From the NCBI GenBank assembly GCA_963845515.1, contig CAWJSR010000045.1, positions 94,380-118,379 on the forward strand: a DNA stretch of 24,000 nucleotides, given 5' to 3'. Positions 16,505 to 24,000 of this stretch are shown here, one piece after another. The DNA comes from an uncultured delta proteobacterium (GTDB lineage Bacteria > Myxococcota > Myxococcia > Myxococcales > Anaeromyxobacteraceae). A program made the translations under genes and the position numbers. Every line of letters begins with the position of its first letter. Position 1 is the first letter of the stretch. The notes beneath the pieces were generated by a model. It was not told the origin of the DNA, ran no database searches, and saw only the letters and a list, made by a program, of their open reading frames with translations.

Positions 16505-17457
16505 CACTTGCACCCCTCCCAGAGCCCCGCGAGGTCGGGCGGCAGCGGCGCCTCCAGCGAGACCGGCTCGCCGGTCGCCGGGTGCGGGATCGTCAGCCTC
16601 GAGGCATGGAGCGCCTGCCTCGGAAGCCGCAGCGCCGCGTGGTCGTCTGGCGTCAGCGCCTTCTTCGTGAACCGGTCGAAGATCAGCTCGTCCGGTCCGT
16701 AGATCTTGTCGCCCACGACCGGAGTCCCGGCGTGGAGGAGGTGCGCGCGGATCTGGTGCTGGCGGCCGGTCCTCGGCTCGCACGCGACGAGCGCTATGCG
16801 CGCGCCGTCTGGCGCCGTCCGACGCTCTAGCACCTCGAACCCGGTCCGGGACTGCTGCCCGTCCGGGTGGACGTGCATCCGCACCCGCACGGCGCTCTGG
16901 AGGGTCAGGGCGAGCGGGGCGTCCACCTCGAAGCGATCCTCGGCGGGCCAGCCGCTGGTGAGCGCGAGGTAGCTCTTGTGCACCCGCCCGTCGGCGAAGG
17001 AGCGCTTGAGCGCCTTGGTCCACTCCGGGGCGGTGCCGCACGCGAGCAGCCCCGAGGTCTCGCGGTCGAGCCGGTGCGCGGGATCGATCTTCCTGTCCGG
17101 ATAGCGGGCCCTCGCCACCGACGTGAAGGTGTGGGCGAAGTAGCGGGCCGTCGGGTGGATGGGGAGGCCGGCCGGCTTGTCCACCACCAGGAGCATCCCA
17201 TCGTCGTGGATGACGCCGAAGTCGAGCGGGGTGTCGGGCTCAGGCTCGACGTCCTTCAGGAGCGCGAAGGCGAAGCCCGGGACCACCAGGGAGTCGGGCG
17301 CGACCAGGGAGCCGTCCTCCGTCTCGAGCCGCTCGGCGATCAGCCCGGGGATCTTCTCGGCGGCGAGCCGGCGGAGCTTCTGCTGGAGGTAGGCGTCGAG
17401 CCTCCAGCCTGAGTAGTTGCGTTCGACGACGAACCGGATGCGGACTACCTGCGACAT
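16504..17457 (-). CDS. RluA-family pseudouridine synthase
   Basis: Catalytic motif HRLDRETSGLL, LVVDKPAGLPIHP, and PRTGRQHQIRAHL. N-terminal S4-like segment. 317 aa. Confidence 0.9.
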   Translation of the reverse strand: MSQVVRIRFVVERNYSGWRLDAYLQQKLRRLAAEKIPGLIAERLETEDGSLVAPDSLVVPGFAFALLKDVEPEPDTPLDFGVIHDDGMLLVVDKPAGLPIHPTARYFAHTFTSVARARYPDRKIDPAHRLDRETSGLLACGTAPEWTKALKRSFADGRVHKSYLALTSGWPAEDRFEVDAPLALTLQSAVRVRMHVHPDGQQSRTGFEVLERRTAPDGARIALVACEPRTGRQHQIRAHLLHAGTPVVGDKIYGPDELIFDRFTKKALTPDDHAALRLPRQALHASRLTIPHPATGEPVSLEAPLPPDLAGLWEGCK

Positions 17458-17503
17458 TCAGTGTCCACGCGGCCTGGGTCGGTACATCTGCGGAAGATAT
17501 CAC

Positions 17504-17531
17504 TTGAACGGCCCGCCTCCGTTGCTACCAT
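17504..17531 (+). promoter_or_regulatory. Candidate sigma70-type promoter upstream of the PEGA-domain gene
   Basis: TTGAAC (17504-17509), 16-nt spacer, TACCAT (17526-17531). It ends only 9 nt before the TTG start at 17541. Confidence 0.3.
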
Positions 17532-17540
17532 CCACGCTCC

Positions 17541-18452
17541 TTGCACCCCCTACTCTCAGTCGCCGCCGCGCTCGTGTTCGTAGCAGGGCCCTCGCCCGCC
17601 GCGCCGCCCGACATGGGCGCGCCAAATGGGGAGCAAGCAACCGTTCCGGCCTCCGCCACCGCGCCTGCCCCCGCGGCGCCTGCGACGCCGGCGGCGGAGC
17701 CCGCCGCCGCGCCGCCATCCGCCGCCGCGGAGGTGAAGGCGCCGCCCCCCGCGCCACCGGCGCTCGCAATCGTGCAGCTCGACGCCCCGACCGATCTCGC
17801 GCTGCTGGGCAGGAGCCTGTCCGAGGCGGTCGCCCAGGAGGCTGCGAAGCTCCCCGGCCTCATGGTGCTCGCGCCGTCCGCGGTCCTGGGCAGGCTCGGG
17901 GCCGACGCGGCTCGGCAGGCCTCCCACTGCGGTGAGGCCGCCGCCTGCCTCATGTCGGCCGCGAGGCAGCTCGGCGCGGAGCGCATCGTCGGCGGCTGGA
18001 TCGACCGCGTAGGTGCCAACTACAAGTTCGGCCTCGTGCTCGTCGACGTGAAGACCGGGACCGCGCTGGCCCGCGTCGCCCGCGAGGTGCCCATCGCCTC
18101 CCGCCGCATCCGCGCCGACGTCATCGCCGCGGCGGGTCCGCTCCTGAGAGGCGAGGCCGCCGGGACGGGGGTCCTTGCGCTCCAGACCGAGCTCCCCGGG
18201 GCAGAGGTCCGGATCGACGACAAGGCCGCGGGGACGACGCCGCTCGAGGCGCGGCTGCAGGCCGGGAAGCACAAGGTCGAGGTCTCACAGCGGGGCAAGG
18301 TCCGCGTCGAGCCCTTCTGGGTCGACGTGCCGGCCAGCGGCCGCGCCGAGCAGCGCGTCCGGCTCTACGACATCCCCGTCGCCGAGAGGCGGCCCGGCGA
18401 GGTCGAGACGACCACCTTCGAGATGGGCAAGGCGAAGAAGCGCAAGAAGTAG
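17541..18452 (+). CDS. Secreted PEGA-domain protein
   Basis: Signal-like N-terminus (M)HPLLSVAAALVFVAGPSPA and an Ala/Pro-rich linker. C-terminal GVLALQTELPGAEVRIDDKAAGTTPLEARLQAGKHKVEVSQRG fits the PEGA domain. Lys-rich tail. TTG 17541 is the only start that retains the signal peptide; the alternatives are GTG 17574 and ATG 17613. Confidence 0.7.
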   Translation: MHPLLSVAAALVFVAGPSPAAPPDMGAPNGEQATVPASATAPAPAAPATPAAEPAAAPPSAAAEVKAPPPAPPALAIVQLDAPTDLALLGRSLSEAVAQEAAKLPGLMVLAPSAVLGRLGADAARQASHCGEAAACLMSAARQLGAERIVGGWIDRVGANYKFGLVLVDVKTGTALARVAREVPIASRRIRADVIAAAGPLLRGEAAGTGVLALQTELPGAEVRIDDKAAGTTPLEARLQAGKHKVEVSQRGKVRVEPFWVDVPASGRAEQRVRLYDIPVAERRPGEVETTTFEMGKAKKRKK

Positions 18453-18536
18453 GCGGCCTTCCGGGGCGCGCGCCAGGTGTGCCGCTCGCCCGACGAGCTC
18501 TCTCCAGCCGGGGGAGAGCGGATGCTGCCAGCCGGG

Positions 18537-18565
18537 TTGACGGCAGGGATCGCGCAGCGTACTTA
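18537..18565 (+). promoter_or_regulatory. Candidate sigma70-type promoter upstream of kdsB
   Basis: TTGACG (18537-18542), 17-nt spacer, TACTTA (18560-18565). It ends 11 nt before the kdsB TTG start. Confidence 0.4.
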
Positions 18566-18576
18566 GTGGTCCCGGC

Positions 18577-19305
18577 TTGATACGCGTCGCTGTCATCATT
18601 CCGGCCCGGTTCGGAGCCACCCGGTTCCCCGGGAAACCACTCGCTGATCTCGGCGGTAGGCCCCTCATCGCGCACGTGGTCGAGCGCGCGAAGCTGGCGC
18701 GCGGCGTCTCGATCGTCGCGGTGGCGACCGACGACGAACGGATCGCGGCGGCGGCCAGGCAGGCAGGTGCCGAGGCGATCCTCACGGGCGACGCGGCGAC
18801 CGGGACTGATCGGGTGGCGATGGCGGCGAGGCGGCTCTCGCAGCCACCGGACCTCGTGGTGAACCTGCAGGGCGACGAGCCGTTGATCGAGCCCGGCGCG
18901 ATAGAGACGCTGGTGTCCGCGATGGAGTCCAGCGGCGCCGAGATGGGGACGCTCGCCCGTCCACTGGAGGAGGGCGAGCTGGAGAGGACGCAGGTGGTGA
19001 AGGTGGTGACCGACCTCCAGGGGAACGCGCTCTACTTCTCGCGCGCCCCCATCCCGCACCGCCGGGCTGGAGGGACGAGCCGGATGGCTCGCGCCCACGT
19101 CGGGATCTACGCCTTCACCGCCGCCTGTCTGCAGCGGTTCGCGGCGCTGTCCGCGACGCCGCTCGAGCAGGAGGAGTCGCTCGAGCAGCTGCGCGCGCTC
19201 GAGCATGGAGTTCGGATCCGGGTGGCCGACACGGCGTACCGCGGCTTTGGAATCGACACTCCCGAGGACCTCGCGCGCGCGCGGGCTCTCCTCGGGACGG
19301 CATGA
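18577..19305 (+). CDS. kdsB: 3-deoxy-manno-octulosonate cytidylyltransferase (CMP-Kdo synthetase)
   Basis: (M)IRVAVIIPARFGATRFPGKPLADLGGRPLIAHVVERA is colinear from residue 1 with E. coli KdsB as I recall it. NLQGDEPL motif. TTG is the only possible start, because the frame opens at 18541 with no other start codon. Confidence 0.9.
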   Translation: MIRVAVIIPARFGATRFPGKPLADLGGRPLIAHVVERAKLARGVSIVAVATDDERIAAAARQAGAEAILTGDAATGTDRVAMAARRLSQPPDLVVNLQGDEPLIEPGAIETLVSAMESSGAEMGTLARPLEEGELERTQVVKVVTDLQGNALYFSRAPIPHRRAGGTSRMARAHVGIYAFTAACLQRFAALSATPLEQEESLEQLRALEHGVRIRVADTAYRGFGIDTPEDLARARALLGTA

Positions 19306-20994
<1,689 letters not shown>

Positions 20995-21003
20995 GAGACT
21001 GCC

Positions 21004-21831
21004 TTGTCCAGAGTCCTTTCCCGCATCGGCGGCTACGAGGTCGGCGACGGCCGGCCCCTCCTGCTCATCGCCGGGCCGTGCGTCATGGAGGACACCGCCC
21101 ATGCCCTCGCCCATGCACGCAGGGTGAAGGCGCTGGCGGCGAAGCACGGCCTGCCGGTCATCTTCAAGGCCAGCTTCGACAAGGCGAACCGCTCCTCCGG
21201 GAAGAGCTTCCGCGGGCCGGGGCTCGAGAAGGGGCTCGCCGCGTTCGAGGAGGTGAAGCGCGAGACCGGGCTCCCCTGCCTCACCGACGTCCACGAGACG
21301 TCGCAGGCCGAGCCGGTGGGGAGGGTGGTCGACGTCCTCCAGGTCCCCGCGTTCCTCTGCCGCCAGACCGATCTCGTGCTCGCCTGCGCGCGCCACGGGA
21401 AGGCGGTCAACGTGAAGAAGGGGCAGTTCCTGGCCCCGAAGGAGATGCGCCACGCCATCGCGAAGTGCCGCGAGGCCGGGAACGAGCAGATCATGCTCAC
21501 CGAGCGCGGCAGCAGCTTCGGCTACGGGAACCTGGTCGTGGACATGCGCGGGCTCGTGCAGATGCGCGAGCTGGGCGTGCCGGTCTGCATGGACGCCACC
21601 CACTCGGTCCAGATGCCCGGGTCGGGCGGTGACACGACCGGCGGCGACCGGCAGTTCGTGGCGCCGCTGGCCCGCGCCGCGGCGGCCGTCGGGATCGACG
21701 CGCTCTTCCTGGAGATCCACGAGGACCCCTCGGTCGCGAAGAGCGACGGTCCCAACTCGCTCGACTTCGCGCTGGCCGACGCGGTCATCGCGGAGGTCCT
21801 GGCGATCAGGCGGGCGCTGGGGCAGCCGTGA
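21004..21831 (+). CDS. kdsA: 2-dehydro-3-deoxyphosphooctonate aldolase (Kdo8P synthase)
   Basis: [43 protein letters not shown] and [11 protein letters not shown] start with AGGAG 6 nt upstream. Confidence 0.94.
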   Translation: MSRVLSRIGGYEVGDGRPLLLIAGPCVMEDTAHALAHARRVKALAAKHGLPVIFKASFDKANRSSGKSFRGPGLEKGLAAFEEVKRETGLPCLTDVHETSQAEPVGRVVDVLQVPAFLCRQTDLVLACARHGKAVNVKKGQFLAPKEMRHAIAKCREAGNEQIMLTERGSSFGYGNLVVDMRGLVQMRELGVPVCMDATHSVQMPGSGGDTTGGDRQFVAPLARAAAAVGIDALFLEIHEDPSVAKSDGPNSLDFALADAVIAEVLAIRRALGQP

Positions 21832-22430
21832 GCCCCGCGAAGCGAAGGCCCCGTCACCGCACCGCAGCGCCCTTCGGCGCGCCCCCTCGCAGGGCCGGGG
21901 CCAGGGAGCAGAGCTCGCGCTGCAGGATCTCGCCGCAGCTCCTCCTCGCCCGGGCCGCGAAGGTGAAGCTGCTCGCGCTCGACGTCGACGGCGTCCTGAC
22001 CGACTGCCGGATCTGGTACGGACCGGATGGCGAGGCGCTCAAGGCCTTCCACGTCCGCGACGGCTTCGGCCTCGTCCTGCTGCGCAAGCACGTCGACCTC
22101 GCCATCATCTCGGGGCGTCCGGGCAAGGCCACGCAGGCGCGGGTCGAGGAGCTGGGCTTCAAGCACGTCGTCTTCGGGGAGGCCGACAAGCTCGCCGGCT
22201 ACGCGAAGCTCGCCCACCTAGGCTTCGCCGACGACGAGGTCGCCTACATGGGCGACGACGTCAACGACATCCCCCTGCTGCAGAAGGTCGGCCTCTCCGC
22301 CTGCCCGGCGGACGCCCACCCCGAGGCGCGGAGCCGCGTCCACTTCGTGGCGGAGAACGCCGGCGGCTTCGGCGCGGTCCGGGAGCTCTGCGAGCTGATC
22401 CTGGCCGCGAAGGGCATCAGGACGTCCTAG
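21828..22430 (+). CDS. kdsC: 3-deoxy-D-manno-octulosonate 8-phosphate phosphatase (HAD family)
   Basis: [31 protein letters not shown] and [27 protein letters not shown] 21828 overlaps the kdsA stop. The Arg-rich 45-aa N-terminal extension makes the start uncertain; GTG 21964, giving (M)KLLALDVDG, is an alternative. Confidence 0.85.
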   Translation: MSPAKRRPRHRTAAPFGAPPRRAGAREQSSRCRISPQLLLARAAKVKLLALDVDGVLTDCRIWYGPDGEALKAFHVRDGFGLVLLRKHVDLAIISGRPGKATQARVEELGFKHVVFGEADKLAGYAKLAHLGFADDEVAYMGDDVNDIPLLQKVGLSACPADAHPEARSRVHFVAENAGGFGAVRELCELILAAKGIRTS

Positions 22431-23350
22431 TGGCTCCCCCCCTCCGAAAGCGCATCAAGCGCGGCGTCCGGTCCGTCGTCGTGGTCGCAGCCATCCGGGC
22501 CCTCTCCTACCTCCCGCGCCGGCTCGCCTGGCGCCTCGGCACGCTCCTCGGTCGGCTGGCCTGGCCGCTCGCCGCGAAGACCCGCCGGCTCGCGCTGAAG
22601 GGGCTCGCGACCGCCTTCCCGGAGAAGACCGACGCGGAGCGCGAGGCGATCGCCCGCGCCATGTTCGTCAACCTGGCCCACTCCGCGATGGAGGTCGTCA
22701 CCATCCGGAGCTACGACCACGACCTCGAGTCGTACGTCGAGCTGAAGAACCCGGAGCTCCTGGACGAGCTGATGGCCCGGGGGAAGGGGCTGATCTACGT
22801 CCCCGGCCACCTCGGGAACTGGGAGCTTCACGCCCGGCGCGTCGCGTCCACGGGGCTGGACAACGCCACGGTCGGGAAGGCGAGCCACGATCCACGGCTG
22901 AACCGGCTGATCGAGGAGTTCCGTGCGTCGGGCGGCGTGAAGACGCTCTGGAGGGAGTCTCCGGACTCCGGCCGCGTCATCATCAAGACCCTGCGCAGCG
23001 GGAAGGCGCTCGGCATCCTGATCGATCAGGACACCGCCGTGCAGAACGTCTTCGTCCCGTTCTTCGGACGGCTCGCCGCCACCCCGCGCGCCGCCGCCGA
23101 CCTGGCGATCCGTTTCGGGACCGCCGTGGTGGTGGCGACGATCCACCGAAAGGGAGAGGGGCCTGACGCCGGCCACCTCCTGGAGTTCACGGAGGTCGGG
23201 TACGACCCCGAGCCCCCCGATCGGGAGGCAGAGGTCGTCCGGCTGACGGCAGCGTGCAGCAAGGTCCTGGAGGATTCGATCCGGCGCTACCCCGCCGAAT
23301 GGGTCTGGATGCACGAACGCTGGAAGACGCCTCCGCCCGCCCGCCCCTAG
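22430..23350 (+). CDS. Lipid A biosynthesis (LpxL/HtrB-type) / lysophospholipid acyltransferase family protein
   Basis: N-terminal TM helix, an H-x4-E/D active-site-like motif PGHLGNWEL, ILIDQD, and the C-terminal YPAEWVWMHERWK typical of PF03279 members. The GTG start shares 1 nt with the kdsC TAG. Confidence 0.8.
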   Translation: MAPPLRKRIKRGVRSVVVVAAIRALSYLPRRLAWRLGTLLGRLAWPLAAKTRRLALKGLATAFPEKTDAEREAIARAMFVNLAHSAMEVVTIRSYDHDLESYVELKNPELLDELMARGKGLIYVPGHLGNWELHARRVASTGLDNATVGKASHDPRLNRLIEEFRASGGVKTLWRESPDSGRVIIKTLRSGKALGILIDQDTAVQNVFVPFFGRLAATPRAAADLAIRFGTAVVVATIHRKGEGPDAGHLLEFTEVGYDPEPPDREAEVVRLTAACSKVLEDSIRRYPAEWVWMHERWKTPPPARP

Positions 23351-23447
23351 CAAGTTGGGGGCCCGGCGATTCGGGCCATTACAAAACCCCTCTGGACCGT
23401 GGTACAGCAAAGGTCGTGCCTAGCACGTTGGCACGATAAAGAGCGCC

Positions 23448-23618
23448 ATGGTTCTGAGGAGTTCCATTCACATTTCGGGATGGATTCTAGCGGTTTGGGC
23501 CGCAGCCCTCACGGGTTGTTCGCAGCCCAGGACCGCCGAGGACCGCAGTGCCGTGCCCGAGCTTCGGCTCGAAGGGGTGCGGTTCCGGCTCTTCCGGGGC
23601 GACGCTGCTTCGTGCTGA
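23448..23618 (+). CDS. Short ORF encoding a lipoprotein signal peptide plus the start of an LptC-like domain (probable 5' fragment of a frame-disrupted gene)
   Basis: ATG 23448. MVLRSSIHISGWILAVWAAALTGCSQPRTAEDRSAVPELRLEGVRFRLFRGDAASC, then TGA 23616-23618. Lipobox LTGC. At 56 aa it is not in the supplied ORF track. Confidence 0.4.
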   Translation: MVLRSSIHISGWILAVWAAALTGCSQPRTAEDRSAVPELRLEGVRFRLFRGDAASC

Positions 23619-23994
23619 GGGCACCGCCTCCGCAGTGACCTACCTGCGCGAGACCACCGCGCTGAGCGCGGCCGACCTCGCCCTTCGCCTGCACGAGCGG
23701 CAGGACGTCGTCCTGCTCACCTCGCCCGCGGCTGACGGCGTGGTCTCGACGCGTACCTTCCAGGCGGGAGGCGGGCTGCGCGCGGTACGCGGCACGGACA
23801 CCGCCGTGACCGATTCGGCTCGCTTCGATCCCGCCGCGGGGAAGGATGGTCAGGTGGTCGGCGACCTTCCCGTGGAGCTCGCCGGGCGCGGCTACCGGCT
23901 TCGCGGCAACGGCTTCACGCTCGACCCGGCCGTGGGGCAGATCGCGCTGCGCGGCGGCACGCGGCTCGTCGCCGGGCTCCAGGGGGCGCGGTGA
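23548..23994 (+). CDS. LptC-like (LPS export) beta-jellyroll protein, +1 frame relative to 23448 ORF
   Basis: The pattern ...LLRAEGTASAVTYLRETTALSAADLALRL...VLLTSPAADGVV...VELAGRGYRLRGNGFTLDPAVGQIALRGG resembles LptC/OstA-like strands. Its position after kdsC and the acyltransferase is the classic lptC slot. As drawn (GTG 23548) it has no signal or anchor. The last 4 nt (GTGA) suggest a coupled next gene. Confidence 0.5.
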   Translation: MPCPSFGSKGCGSGSSGATLLRAEGTASAVTYLRETTALSAADLALRLHERQDVVLLTSPAADGVVSTRTFQAGGGLRAVRGTDTAVTDSARFDPAAGKDGQVVGDLPVELAGRGYRLRGNGFTLDPAVGQIALRGGTRLVAGLQGAR

Positions 23995-24000
23995 GCCTCG

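Noticed and set aside
18497-18519. 9-bp hairpin (gctctctcc / ggggagagc) after the PEGA gene as an intrinsic terminator
   Set aside because: No U-tract follows it (GGATGCTGCC), so at most it is a stabilising stem. I did not call it as a terminator.
23429-23447. TGGCACG as a sigma54 -24 box upstream of the LptC-like gene
   Set aside because: No TTGC-like -12 element at the correct spacing (it reads ATAAAGAGC). The motif also ends only about 12 nt before the ATG, leaving no room for a leader with an SD.
23604-23620. Programmed +1 frameshift at UGC UGA G joining the two LptC-like frames (prfB-style)
   Set aside because: The P-site codon UGC cannot re-pair in the +1 frame, and there is no closely spaced internal SD as in prfB. 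A simple indel at the nearby G4 run is more parsimonious.

Overview
Very GC-rich bacterial chromosome: third codon positions are almost always G/C, and long spurious antisense ORFs are common. Gene content and protein style (MJ0042-type zinc ribbons, PEGA, TPR, proline-rich linkers) suggest a Myxococcota / Anaeromyxobacter-like organism, but that is inference only. The window is mostly conserved housekeeping. In order it holds: the end of nuoJ and nuoK with an intrinsic terminator; an operon of a zinc-ribbon/poly-Pro/Yip1 membrane protein, a DUF2752 protein, plsY and a lipoprotein; ftsK on the minus strand; a divergent zinc-ribbon/GYF-like/TM/TPR protein and a TFIIB-type zinc-ribbon protein; gatC-gatA-gatB-mtnA and a Kir-like gene, all tightly coupled; a small secreted Gly/Lys-rich protein (minus strand); rplU-rpmA-obg-trmH; an RluA-family pseudouridine synthase with one or two coupled small membrane ORFs (minus strand); a PEGA-domain protein; and the LPS/Kdo cluster kdsB-pyrG-kdsA-kdsC-acyltransferase followed by an LptC-like gene. 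I found no tRNA, rRNA, CRISPR array, transposase, integrase, phage gene or recognisable defence or toxin-antitoxin module. I do not see a convincing novel multi-gene system. The two observations most worth a second look are (1) a Kir-family protein whose pore region lacks the T-x-G-Y-G selectivity filter and (2) an LptC-like gene split over two reading frames next to a G4 run. The rest are smaller oddities in start codons, promoters and repeats. All homology calls rest on motifs recalled from memory, not on searches.
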